Assembly: GCA_039545335.1 (NCBI GenBank)
Contig: BCIN01000003.1
Coordinates: 1,809,941-1,873,940 of the forward strand
Origin: Kondoa subrosea
Lineage: Eukaryota
DNA: 64,000 nt
Direction of reading: 5' to 3'
Shown: in pieces, positions 14,101 to 26,039 of the stretch
Numbering within the stretch: position 1 is the stretch's first letter
Layout of the letters: each line of letters starts with the position of its first letter
Made by a program: the position numbers and the translations under genes
Notes under the pieces: model-generated
Databases searched by the model: none
What the model saw: the letters and a program-made list of their open reading frames with translations, nothing else
Told to the model about the DNA's origin: nothing

Positions 14101-15073
14101 AGAATGGCCGCAATCGATTCTCGACTCAGAAGAAGGTCAAGAAATCTATAGTCCGGACGGCGTTCTCATTTATCGTGGTCTTTCTGTCCGCATGGGTATC
14201 CATTGGGGTCAGCCCGTGTGTGAAGCTGATCCTATTACTCGCCGTATGGATTACTTTGGGCCTATGGTCAATCGTTCCGCTCGAGTCAGTGCAGTGGCCG
14301 AAGGTGGTCAGATCTCAGCAAGTGGCGATGCAATTGAAATTATCCGAACTCTATGCGGAGAGAAGTTGGCCGATGGAGATCAAGAGGATGGAGTGGCAGC
14401 ACTTGCGGCTTCCGAGCTGGACGATCTCGACGATGCAACCAAAAGAGATGTCACAGCAATTCGTAACATGGGCGTCGGAATCACAGAGCTCGGGGAAAGA
14501 AGACTCAAAGGTCTCGAAACACCTGAATTCCTTTCTCTCGTTTACCCGAAAGCGCTTGCTGGTCGACTCAAGTATACTGCGAACCAAGCAGAAGGTGGTA
14601 CGACTGGCGCAGCAGGGACTACGCAAATGTTTGAACCTGTTCCTCAACTATTCGATGTGCATCAAATGCAAAATCTTGGAGTCATCACTTTGCGTCTCGA
14701 ATCTGCTGCATCAAAACAAGTCAATCCTCCAATGGAAGTTGCATCACCGTTTTTGGGCTCTGCTGCTCAATCGCCAATCATCAGCTTGGATGGTTCACCA
14801 GTCCTTACTCGGAATCGAAAGAAATCAGTTCATCCTTTCTTAGCCGCATATCCTATTCGATTAGATGCAACAGATGAAGAACTCATCTCGATCTTGGAAG
14901 GCATGGTTATTCGAATAGAAAACGTTGTCAATACTCTAACATTGGCTCAACTTGGTCCGTATACTGAAGTGCTCAGCGCGTTGAATCAAGCTACCAAGAT
15001 TGATCCGAAAGCTATCTTGCAAGCGCTCAGCATGTTTGCTACTCTGACGCAGCAAAATCGATTTGATGTTTGA
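8192..15073 (+). CDS. CYR1: Fungal adenylate cyclase (Ser-rich N-terminus, Ras-association region, LRRs, PP2C-like domain, class III cyclase domain)
   Basis: WTAPESW motif; long LRR array at 10980-12578; NWKYDWNW/NWNLELRYLNLSGN junction; PP2C-like domain; catalytic motifs VFTDIRNST, EVKTEGDAFMV, RMGIHWG and DYFGPMVNRSARV. Confidence 0.97.
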
Positions 15074-15402
15074 AAGTAGATGAAGGTGTTATGGGTTAGC
15101 AGTTTTGCGATCTGTTGTTGATGTCACAAAACTGACATGCTAAGCAGACTATAATCTGCATGGTGTTCAGTACTGTATTATCTGGGCGGGGAACGGGTTT
15201 ATGTAAGAGGGATTTCAGGGTTATTCAGTTTTGTTCTTTCGGTTTTAAGATATTGCTTGTACTTGTCTTTGTAACAACACTAGACTTTCAGTATTTTTAT
15301 GTCTCTGTTTATTTAAATGGGAAAAGAGGGGAGAGCGCAATGCAATAGAAACTTCTAGTATGATACAATGTCTTGACACAGAACTTCTTGCTATACAACT
15401 CT

Positions 15403-16462
15403 TCATGCCGGTGCTGGCTGAGCGTCGGGTATCTGTACTGGCAAATAAGTCATAAGGAAAGACAGCCAGAAGCAGAGCTCGTACAATTGGAGCTATAAGA
15501 AAGCAATTTAGCATGTACAAAGAGTGAAAGATATCGATGAAAGCTTACCTTGCGGCCTTGTGTTTTCCGCAAACATTCGCGATGCCAGTACACCCACACC
15601 TGTGAGAAAAAAACGGTACAACATCAGGTATACCTGATATGGGGGTTCAGCTGCTTCTCACCTTCGAACACTCCAAGTAGGATCCCGCAACCGACTGCGC
15701 TCGTCAGCGCTCCTCTTGGCCCGCTCCGTATGGCCAAGCTACACGACTGTTATCTTAAGGATACTGTGATGATGGTCTGGCTTACCATCCGCCTGTTAGG
15801 AATCCTGAAAGGATACTGTGGATTCAATTTTAGATGAGCGCTGCCAGTGAACCCTGACTGTACTTACGCATTCCAAGCGCTGTAAGGGAAAAGTGACGAG
15901 TCAGCAACGTATCAGCAGAATCGTTTGCCCGACCTACTCTTCCTTCTGCCTGTAGCCTTTCACCGCACAATCGAAAGTAGAAAACATTCCTCCCCATACA
16001 CCGAACTGTAATATTTTCTTCAGGCCCGATGCAGACCATCATGTTGATTCACCCACATTCCCCCCTACCACAGGCGCTCTAGCTTTGATAGCCGCTATCG
16101 AACCAATAAATCGATCTCCTCTAGGTGAATTTCGTGCTCCTTTGATGCCATGCCATATTGTTCCTCCCACAGCTCCCATAGCGAACGCTCCTTCATTTCA
16201 TCGTCAGCTAACGTAGCCTCCGACATTTGCAGTTTGAGCTCACCGCCAAAATCATTGAGGACGACCCTATCGACACGTTAGCTAAGTAAACCAGCAGAGA
16301 AATAGCACAAACCATGGACATGGGTCTCGTGTCATACTTTAGCCATTTATCAGCTCAAATACAGCCAGTTACATCGACCCGAACTTACTCATCTAGATTT
16401 CGAGATTACAGCAAATCAGCTCATGCTGCCTGCCATGCGAGGTCTGACATACGTCTAGACAT
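15403..16462 (-). CDS. TIM17: Mitochondrial inner-membrane translocase subunit Tim17; many short exons
   Basis: Spliced translation [47 protein letters not shown]...[10 protein letters not shown]...[25 protein letters not shown]. The ORF track misses it because the exons are short. Confidence 0.93.
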
Positions 16463-16569
16463 AGTGTATATAGATTTCTAGCGGTATATGAACTCGAATA
16501 GGCGAATTGGAGTCTGTTGCTTGCAGAAGACAATAATTTTGCTCTTTTCTTGTATCGTCACCTTCCCCG

Positions 16570-18065
16570 ATGAAGTCTGCCATTATGCTTGATTTAGTGA
16601 AGCAGCAGCAACATAGATGGAAACGTTGGCATAGTAGGCCTTGGGCTAGCTTTCCCCTACCACTGGACATCTCAATCAATATCTTTTCTTTTGCGCTGTA
16701 CAATCGCAATGGAAATCATCTAGTCCGCTTGAACAAGCGTATATGTCGTGTTCTTCAGCCTTTGCTATATCGGCACATCGAGTTCTCTGAGACAAGCAAA
16801 CTTGTCTCTCTACTTTCCACCCTATTTGATAATCCTTCTTTGGGTTTCCATATTGGATCGTTCAAGCTCCATTTGCATAAACGCCGATTCTTCGATAAGA
16901 TTGCCATACAATTAAACCCCATGCTACCTTTCCATATCATGGCGATTCCAGCTGGAATGTTCATGCTTACGACTCCGGAAATTTGGACAGTGCTACAACG
17001 TATTCTCATTCTGTCACCCAATATCAATCATTTGACTTTGCACCTTGATATTCCCTTGTGTCGCGAGACTTATATTTCCCAAAGTCATGTGAGCGCTTTC
17101 TAAGCAAAAGATTGGTATGTCAAGGTGTCTGATCTCAATCTTACATGAAGATACGATACATGTCCGACAGTTTATGTTTTGTCAATCCCAGCATTTTGAT
17201 ATTGAGGGGTAATTTTTTTGGATTATGGTGGTAATTGGGGTATCCGCGGTCAGCCTACCTTACAACCAGCGGTCCAAGTCTGGAGTCGTCTTAGTACTCT
17301 TATGTGAGTCACGAATATCCCAATTAACTTAAAAGCTCACTAGTTCACTGTAATCAAGCTTAAGCGGCCAGGTTCGAGAGCATCTGATACCACTTGCTCA
17401 ATGCACAACTCTTCGTACATTATATATCGCTCGGAAACCAAAGAAGACAGAGCAGCTATATGGATTCGATATTGATGCTTTGGCCGATTTATTGATTGCC
17501 TCAAACTCTTTGGAAGCCCTTTATTTCGGTCTACCTGCATTAGCTCATGACAAGCATCTTTTTCGCAAGCAACATATGCTAACGAACGCAGTGCGTATGG
17601 TGGCGAAGCGATTACAAAATATTGGCAGACCAGAGAAGGTTTCTTTGTTGGGTCAAGCGTCAAATACCGTGCGTCATTCCTCTCTTCTTTATATACTTCG
17701 TCACTGATGTACGAATAGGCTTGCCTACTGCTAAATATATTTATGACCGCGAAACTCGTCATCTGCTTGGGAGTAAGCCACATCCTATTGCGACATCTGT
17801 GGGCTTCTTGTTCGACCTGACTGACGCTGTAGATTGTCGCAATCATATCGCTCTCATCTTACTGGGCATACTTAATACTTACTTCGCCTCCAACATGACG
17901 CCAACGGGTACTGGGCCAGCAACTAAGGCTGAAATTTGGCAGGCAATGTATGGAGTTATGACCTTTCTATCTGTCATGTGGAGAGCCTGGCTCAGCTTCA
18001 CAAGATGTGACTGCTTCTGTAGACGTATGTCTGTCGAATACGAGGTGTACGAACGCCTGAGATAA
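16570..18065 (+). CDS. F-box-like / LRR-like protein with an apparent +1 frameshift in a T7 run at ~17213-17219
   Basis: LPLDISINIFSFAL...RLNKRICRVLQPLLYRHIEF resembles a basidiomycete F-box start. LRR-like stretches follow: INHLTLHL, LSTLILSG, LRTLYIA, LEALYFG. Confidence 0.5.
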
Positions 18066-18336
18066 TAGAATTCTTAGGGTTTGTTTTTTTAACCTACTCG
18101 TATTCTGAAGAGATACCCTAAGCTAACATTGGTTTTCCAAAAGATTTACCAGATATTGCAATGGGCTGATTCGAGAGTTCTAATGACCTTTGGGAGCAAC
18201 TATTCATTGAAAGCTAATAAATCTGAGGGATATCTAAATGGATTATGCTTCTCTTACAAAGTACATACATATTATTACATGTACTAAAATATCGGAACGG
18301 ACAAGCATGGTTGGTGCTGCTTCCTGCAGCCTTCTA

Positions 18337-20494
18337 TTACAGCAAACGAATTGGTCGAAGCGTACGATCGTAGGCAGCTCTTCTCTTCTCATCAAAGAGT
18401 ATCTCTTTCGCCTCGATGACCATTCTTGTGACTTTCGTACTGTTGAATTCTGCATGAAAGTCAGTACATATAGTCTTTGATCGATTAATGAACCGTACCG
18501 TTGTTGACCTTGTCGGGATGATCTGTTCCTGGATGAGTATCAGTCTACTGTAAGAGGATCTGCTCACATTTGCGTAGTGCGCTAGCACAAGCCATCTTGA
18601 TTGCCTTTTCTGAGGCACTTCGGTGAATACCAAGGAGCTAAGATTACATCAGAAAGGCACTTTTTAGGTGACCAGGCTTACCTGATACAAGGTTTGATGC
18701 GCTACGCTTGCCCAGACCTTATCTTCGTGCTTCTCCTTTAGCTGTTCAGCGAGCAAACGAGCAGCTTCATCTTCCTTTCTCTTTGCTTCGCGCGCTTTCT
18801 TTTCTGCAGCATCCTTTGCAGCTCGTGCAGAAGCAATTTTGCTCTCGCAGACTTGACGCTCGAGCACCACAGTCTTGTCAAAGGTTGATGTGTTGACATT
18901 TTGCTTGCATGACGCCTCAAGTGCCAGGTCGTAGATTCTGATGGCATCCTCGTGTCGGTTCTGACGTGCAAAGATGCGAGCTTTCAGTCGAAGACTAAGA
19001 GCTCAATCAATCAAGTCGCATGGAGGAAGCGATTCTCTGAAACACACCACTTGTGATGATCCGACTTGACACTTAGAACTTGGGTGACATCTTGCAAGGC
19101 CTTCTCAATATTCCCTTGCTGATAATAGCAATTAGTACATCGGTCTGAAGAAGAAAGACAGATTGGCATACCCGAAAGTATGCTTGAGCTCGATTGTAAC
19201 GAGTCGAAGTAATGAGATCGCCCCTAAGATGGCCAGATTCGATGGCTCTACTGGAGTAGCCGATAGCACTGTTCAGCATACCAGAACGGTATGCGCTAAC
19301 TGCTTTGTTGGCCAGATCGACAGCTGCTTGGAACTCAGCCGCTTCTGTTGACCAGATGAGTGTCAAAAAGGAGTCAGTCAATCAAGCACAAACCTTTTGC
19401 TTTCTGCTCAGCCAATATAGCTTGATTTTCCAGGTCGCTTTTTCGCCTCTCCTCGGCTTGTTTCTGTTGCGCCTGCTTGCCGCTGATCTGGTCATCATTC
19501 ACCTCTTTGCTTAAGACCTCTTTTCTCTGCGATTGCTTGTCATCCGCTTGTCTGTCATTCGCTTGCTTGTGATGCGTTTGCTTATTTTGAACAAAACTAC
19601 GAGCACCGCTTTGAGATTGATGCAAAGGGTGGTTCTTGAGCTGCTGCTCCACCAACTGCATCCTCAGCTGTATCAGTTCTCGAGAATGATCTGCTTTGAG
19701 CAGCATGATTTCCTTAGCCAGTGCCTCTTGAGCTGCGGTCTGGTGTTTCACTTCCTGAGCGCGATTTGCTTTGAGTAGCGCTATTTCTTGAGTCAGTGCC
19801 TCTTGAGCTGCAGTTTGCCTTTCGGCATTTTTTCGATTGATATCCTGCTTAGCATGCTCAGGTCGCGAAACATATTGCACGGACATCGGACGTACCCAGG
19901 AAAGCTTCTGGCAAACCTTGAACGCTTTCACCTCTTCTTTCAATTTCGCATTCTCCTTGCGTAGATCGTCCTTTTCTCGCAGTAGACCGTCCGTATCCGA
20001 AGCTTTTGCCTCCTTTTCAGATTTAGCATTCTCCTTTCGTAAGTTGTCTCTTTCTCGCAGCAGAACGTCTCTATCCAGCTGCACTCACTTTAGTGAATGA
20101 TTCAGAAGATGCAAAGTGAAGCCTTACTCGCAGAATAGTCATCTCAGTCCGAAGCTGATGCATATTCACTTCGAAATGCTTTTTGTCAGGCGGCACTTCT
20201 TCCCTAATCGATTCGTTCGCTTCAACAAAACACTCTGTATCTGATCTGCTAGCCTTTGTGAGCTCTTCATGTGATCATCGGATGATGCTAAACATACGAA
20301 ATATCGGACGTTTCCTCATCTTCGTGGATGAAACGACAGGTATTGACGTTTCGACAGCGTTCGCCAAAGTGACAAAGAGCGGCTTGATGTAGACGAGTTG
20401 AAGTCCAATCGTGTGACTCTGCAAAAGGACAGCGAGATTCCAGATGACAGGAACCTTGTTTCGCAAAACGCAAGCATGGTTTAGAAGATGTCAT
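18337..20494 (-). CDS. CCCH zinc-finger + coiled-coil + TPR + C-terminal DnaJ (J) domain protein
   Basis: N-terminal CLRFAKQGSCHLESRCPFAESH and CHFGERCRNVNTCRFIH; a coiled coil with internal repeats; TPR-like ANKAVSAYRSG...AIGYSSRAIE...YNRAQAYFR; spliced J-domain TLYQ|LLGIHRSASEKAIKMACASALRKYHPDK...IEAKEILFDEKRRAAYD. Confidence 0.75.
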
Positions 20495-20840
20495 GATGGT
20501 TCGAGAGTGATAGTGAAAGAAGGAGTAGCAGAAAGGGCTGCCGATTCACGAAGATAGAACTTTGCGGAACATCAACCCTGAGCCAATGATGATGTTCCCA
20601 GAGAACTCACACTGGCAGCAGCGAGGAAAGCTGCAGTAATGTGAGCAGCAGAAAGCAACAGCCTATGCCACACATCCGCCTTCAAACGCTCACTGCTCCT
20701 GGCCTTATAAAGACTCTCCGATTCACCGCATGGACGTGATCTGTATCGCACCAAAGCACATTGTCGAGCATTATTAATTCTTATCCCATTGAAGTTCCGC
20801 AGCAACAATATCGCTCTCCTTCATCTTCTCCCTTTGCGCT

Positions 20841-21950
20841 TCAATCCCAGCGTATCAAGCGTCTTCCCAACGAAGTAGTCGTATTTGAGCAATCAGATGT
20901 TTGAGGTCCCACATTCGGGAAAGTGAGAGCTAATCGAAAAATAGCATTTAAAACCTTGAGAGCCTGTATCTATATAACAAGACTCACTATTACTGAATGC
21001 TGGACATTCTTCACTAAACAATTCAAAGACAGTTGAATTGCCAAGTGTAGCATTTGCAATTTCCGGTACAACGCTCTCCACTATTCTATAGCTGGCATAA
21101 TTGCACTCTGACAATCACACTCAAGATCAGCTGTGCTTCTAAATTATGCAGAATAGAAAGAGACTTTACCTGTACAGACGCTAGTACTTGTCAACATTTG
21201 TAAAGCTTGCGCAATCCCACCCAAACCAATTCCATCTTCAATTCCATCAGCAGTCTGTTTCTTGCTCAGAGCATACAGTAATTGTCCAACGAAATCGCGG
21301 GAAAGAGTAAGCTTGAGATCGGTCTGTACATTATTCAGGAAATCTTGTAGACAAAATGTAGAATCCGATGCGCAAGTCGTTGCATTGGCCGTAGAAGTAG
21401 TCCTATATCCCTTGTCGTGTCAGCTTGCATACGAACATAGCGAGTGAAAGAGACACTCGCTCATTTCGCAGACAAACGAGTTGTTTCAAGCCAGGGTAAG
21501 CTAAAGTAGCGTAATATTGCGCTAGGGCAATCATATCCACGTCCGGCGATTTGACGTAAATATCAAATCTCTCCAAATCATCCACACAGCCATTGAAGAC
21601 TGTTTCAACAATACTCTCAATGGTTGAATTGGTACAGTTGCTTGCAGCGCATAATGAGGTTTGGTAAGACGCTAGTATTGGGACGAGGGATTCGTTGGCT
21701 GTTGAACTTGCTAGTGGCTGCAAGAAATTTGAGGTTGATAAGCAAGATGCAGCGGAAGGTTCCCTTAAAGCTGTATTGATGGCTGCTGTACAATTCAGCG
21801 AGAGGCTATGCAGAGTACATCAGAAAGCACTGTATGCTGAAGAGCGCGTAACAAGACTGACTAATATCCACCGCCAATATCAGTGACTTGAGCAGAGGAC
21901 TGGGCATAGGACGAAATGGCTAATGCCAAGATCCATAGTTTGTACAGCAT
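20841..21950 (-). CDS. Secreted cysteine-rich protein of unknown function
   Basis: Signal peptide MLYKLWILALAISSYAQS; spaced cysteines (SLNCTAAI, ASCLS, SLCAASNCTN, FNGCVDDL); several N-glycosylation sequons; GT-AG introns. Confidence 0.75.
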
Positions 21951-22322
21951 CCTGGAAATTGCGTTCATGCGCGCGACGATATAGAGGTCACAAGACGAGA
22001 AGGGAGTTTCTTGGGACAGCAAGAGATAGCGCCAAGACTTGGCGCTCCAAAGTGATATGCGCCCTGAATTGGAATTCGGTAATTATTCGGGTCGGCTCCT
22101 GAGCAGCGGAATCCGTTTGCAGGCGAACTTGCGGTACAGTGAATAATATGACAGATGAGCTAGGTGAAACCTGATACTTCATATGCCATGTGTTGTCTGA
22201 TGATTGGTCAGTAATGAATTGTTTTGGCTCAAGTCGACTAGAAGCACTATCTGTAAGCGGACGTAGAAATGCAGATCAGTACAGGTCAGGTCATCGTATC
22301 TACATCAGCTCACTCCACGAAT

Positions 22323-23273
22323 TCAATCCTGATCCATTAACTCTTCGACATTAGCCACAATGCCATCCCACCACTCCCTCATTTTCTTGACTCTTTCTTC
22401 AGTGCCCCAACGATGATCACCTTCCAATTCCCAGCTATAAATTGGCTTGTAGTTCGATTTCGGTTTGTCCTCTTCTTTCCATCGCTCATCAATTTCTTCT
22501 TCTTCTTCCGGCGGTAATTCTTCTTCGTCTACATCCATATCCTCAGTCGGTACAACAGCCATTTTCTTGGTAGGTGACGGTGTAGCAATTGCTTTACTTT
22601 TCCCTTTAGCTTTGGCAGATTTAGTAGGTGTGACCTGTTCTTCTGCATTGACAACAACTTTCTTCATTCCACTTTTAGTAGGTGTTGCCTGATCTTCTCT
22701 TGCTTTGCCTTTGCTTTTAGCAGCGGCAGAAGTGCTAGCTACTACTTGATCGACAGCTGAATCTTTACTTCCCTTCTCAGGTAATTCGATCCGTGCTTTC
22801 TTATTCGATTTAGTAGGAGAAGAAGCAGGTCTTTTTGATGTGGATTTAGAGGAAGAAGAAGGGATAGCTATAGAACTTGACCGTAATTGTCTGGTTGGAG
22901 TAGTTTCTGTCGCTGCAGCAGAAGGTAGGAGTAAAGAGCGAGCTAGCTTGAGACCTGCTCGAAATACTTTCATAGTCTCTCCTGAAAGACGTTGATAGAC
23001 GTCTTCGCTCGAAGAAGTTGACAGTCTGTCATTCGCTCCTCAAAAACGCAACAGAATGTAAAAGGGGGATGCGTACGCTTCTTGAGCTAAGAGCAAGCAG
23101 ATAGCAGCTCGCATAGTGGATCCACCCATCATAGTCATCCCAGAGCCCTGACGAGTCTTGCTGCTCAATTGACCATATAGTTTATGGGCTCTCTTTTCCA
23201 CTTGAGCACGTTTGCTGTCATTGCGCAACAAGCCAAAGAAGGTGCTGAATGCTGTCCGGCCTTCTAAATCCAT
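22323..23273 (-). CDS. ORC6: ORC6-like protein, full-length copy A, one intron
   Basis: N-terminal helical domain KRAHKLYGQLSSKTRQGSG...RAAICLLLAQE...QRLSGETMKVFRAGLKLARSLL resembles the Orc6 N-terminal TFIIB-like fold. The linker is rich in S/T-P-x-K CDK sites. The C-terminus is YKPIY...KKMREWWDGIV. The family assignment is by eye. Confidence 0.55.
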
Positions 23274-23350
23274 TCGTGTCTCGAGCAAAGCCGCGGTCAG
23301 TGTCCAACTTCGAATTTCTTGTCACGTAATAGCTACCCTCTCCTTCTCGC
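22610..23350. repeat. Duplicated segment A1 (paralogous to ~26168-26934)
   Basis: Long, high-identity direct match, e.g. gctgaatctttacttcccttctcagg and catcatagtcatcccagagcc occur in both copies. Confidence 0.95.
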
Positions 23351-23497
23351 GTGATCATGGCCCGAAAGTGGATTTCAATACTTTTACAAAGGTACTCAAC
23401 AGCTGATTATGCCCTTCTCGTAAAAATGAATGCTAGTGATAATCACTCATGATACTTCTTCGTCCAAACCTCAAAACTCAAGGACGACTCTTGGCTT

Positions 23498-24115
23498 TCC
23501 AACGCGCTAGAGGGAATTCAATGAGTAAAGATACATACACAAAGCTTCAAATAGAAGAGAACTAACCAGGTTGGCAGAAATATCAGCTTGAATTTAGGAC
23601 AACTGTGTTGCCGGTAGGAGCTTCGCGTTAAAGCATTGGATTAGTTAATGACATCGAAAGCTGAGAGAGAAAGGAGACTGACTCCTCAGATTGAGTGATT
23701 GCTCGCTCTTGACATGTTGTGGTTGTGTACAATGGTGAAGCTACTGTCAATGATGCGCAGATAGCCAATAGAGTGACAAGAATGTTGGCCAACATGATGT
23801 ATCTCAAAAATGAGCGTGTCTGTCGAGAGCGGAAAGATGTTTAGATGTGCTGAAAGCAGAAGGAAAGCTGTTGCAAGCACTTACTTGTTGGAACAGTGAC
23901 TGGTGTGGATAAACAGAAGGGTTGACAGGAGTTCCAAGTTTCGACATTGAATGAAGCAATAGATAGAGGAACAAAAAGAAGAAGCTGAGCTAAGTTGCGC
24001 AGCCGTTCGTAGGGAAAAGGATAGAGAAGTAGCCACGGCCTAGCGCCTTGCTCGACTTTGGAGTTGCATGCATTCATCGTTTGTGCATTCTGCTTCTAGA
24101 GAATAAAAGAGGCGA
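23498..24115 (-). pseudogene. Decayed 5' fragment and promoter of the CPL1-like gene (paralogous to ~28650-29370)
   Basis: ATG at 23795 gives MLANILVTLLAICASL..., matching the gene starting at 29037. An internal deletion removes the first acceptor and the start of exon 2. The 3' half is absent. Confidence 0.85.
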
Positions 24116-24149
24116 GAGGCACTCCAACCTTGATCGTGCCCAGGAAGCG

Positions 24150-24792
24150 TCATTTCGGATCGAAATTTGCTACGGCAATCTCTGTTGCACAGCTGCTCAA
24201 TTCGGGAGGAAATGAGGTGCTGAGTCGATCTGGTAATGCTTTGCGTTCAAGATGGAAAACCTTTCGGCAGTGCAATTTGCCAGACAAGCAGTCGATTGTG
24301 TGCGTTTCTGCGTCGGCATAGACATCCGACTGAGAGAGAACATGCCGCTCCTTAGCCTTTGAAGCAAAGAAACAGGTAAATAGGTCGCACTTGGTATTTA
24401 GTGTCCAGCAGCATTCGCTGCAATGACACCGTTCTCCTGAAGCCTTTCCGAGAACTCTGTGTCTTAACATCGGTCCGATGACGAGGACTGGCAGATCGGG
24501 CTTCTTTGCGTTTCTTCGCCAGCGCTTGACTACATTCGTCTTTCAGACTTAGAAGCGTGCAGGTTCTAGACTTGATCAGAGTCGGTTCTACAAGCCTCAC
24601 CAGCTCCAACACAGCAGTGCACCCATGGAAGCGGGTATCATATCGCCCAGCAACCTTAGCGAGCCATAGGTAGTCTCGCAAAAGGGGTACCAATTGAGCA
24701 GTAAGAAGCGCTTCCTGCTCGTCATCTGTAAGTTGGCGGAACGCAGCGGCGGCATGCGAGTCAACAACAACTCTAAGATTCGACATCAGCAA
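24150..24792 (-). CDS. Hypothetical orphan protein (possible remnant)
   Basis: 146-aa ORF with protein-like composition, plus a probable downstream exon after ...TKYQ|gtgcga. No family recognised. Confidence 0.3.
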
Positions 24793-25371
24793 CTGAAAGA
24801 CACCCTGACAGCGAAGGGAATGCTCACCCTCTCGACAACACCCCCATTACACCTGAGACTATTTCTCGATGGCTCCAAGGCACCACAAACGCCATTGGCA
24901 CTCGCTTCGTAGAGAGAGAAAGAGAGCTTGTCCAAATTCCAGAGACTGAATTCGGAACCAGAACCAACGCAAGTCTGACGAGACTCTAGCTCATATAATG
25001 ATCGCAAGGCAGGTCAAACCTTAAATCAGCAATCGCGTTCGCAGTTAGAGGGAAAAGGGTGGTCATGGGATGTGAGTGAATTTGTGTGCTAAATATAGAA
25101 CGAACGAATTGTATGTAATATGGTACATTTACGTTAGCATTGCCTTCGTGTGAAGGCCTGCCGCATCCAGGTCAGCAGACCTCAGCTCTTGTACAAACTT
25201 ATTTCCTTTACGAACATCCGACAATATGGACGGTCGATATACGGGCAGGCATGGTAGCCCGCCGCAGCCTTTGAACTGGACACACAGCAACAAAGGGGCT
25301 GCAGACGCTATGGTACCTTACTGGCCTGAGTCAGTATTTCTGCTGTCGATGAATGCGCGTGGCCTGACAGA

Positions 25372-25735
25372 TTGACATTGAACAGGATATTCAGTCGTAC
25401 ATCTTTCCACTTGGTACCGCCTGTGGAAGAGAGAGAGGAAGCTGTCGCTAGACTTAAGACTGGAGACAACGAGAGATCAAGAGAATTGGATGATGTGTTG
25501 AGGGGTTTCGAGAGGCTAATTGACTCGAAAATGCATGATTTCGATAAATATATGTTCATCAACAAATTGCTGGAAAGACTACGGGGCTTTGTAGATTGCA
25601 TTTGGCCACCAAGGGTTGGTTCTTTCTTACTATTGAAGTTGTCGGACCAGCTGATTTTTCTATTCTTCTGCTCAGGATGATGTTCCAGCAGTCGCGAGAC
25701 CTAAAGCGGTAGGTGTCCTTGTCGACCGCAATTAA
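25372..25735 (+). CDS. Hypothetical orphan exon(s)
   Basis: Helical, charged ORF (EEREEAVARLK...ELDDVLRGFERLID) bounded by splice-like signals. Start not resolved. Confidence 0.25.
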
Positions 25736-26039
25736 AGCAAGCTCAAATCATGATCGATCATAGACCAGTAGTTTTGTAGGCAGCATCTTTCATCTCTACT
25801 AGTGACGCTAAGACTGGTTCCAGGCAAGTTCGAATAGTGATGGCGGACGTAGCTTGGGTTTGCCAAACGAGGAACAAGCAAATTCTGGAGATCCGGGACA
25901 TTTTCCAATGGAGATGTAGACTGAGGCAATATATTGTATCGCTTCTGGTAGCCACTTTAGTAGACCATACAGGGTGGTGTAATGGTGAAGTATAATCTAG
26001 TGACCGAGACTATGAAACATGCTTCTTGCGAGTGTTTGG

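Noticed and set aside
11432..14843. Many antisense or alternate-frame ORFs over CYR1 (e.g. 14085-14843)
   Set aside because: These are shadow ORFs of a long coding exon, with no protein-like motifs.
20572..20808. 78-aa ORF with a hydrophobic end that could be a GPI tail of the secreted gene
   Set aside because: The spliced secreted gene already terminates at 20841, and no splice link is evident.
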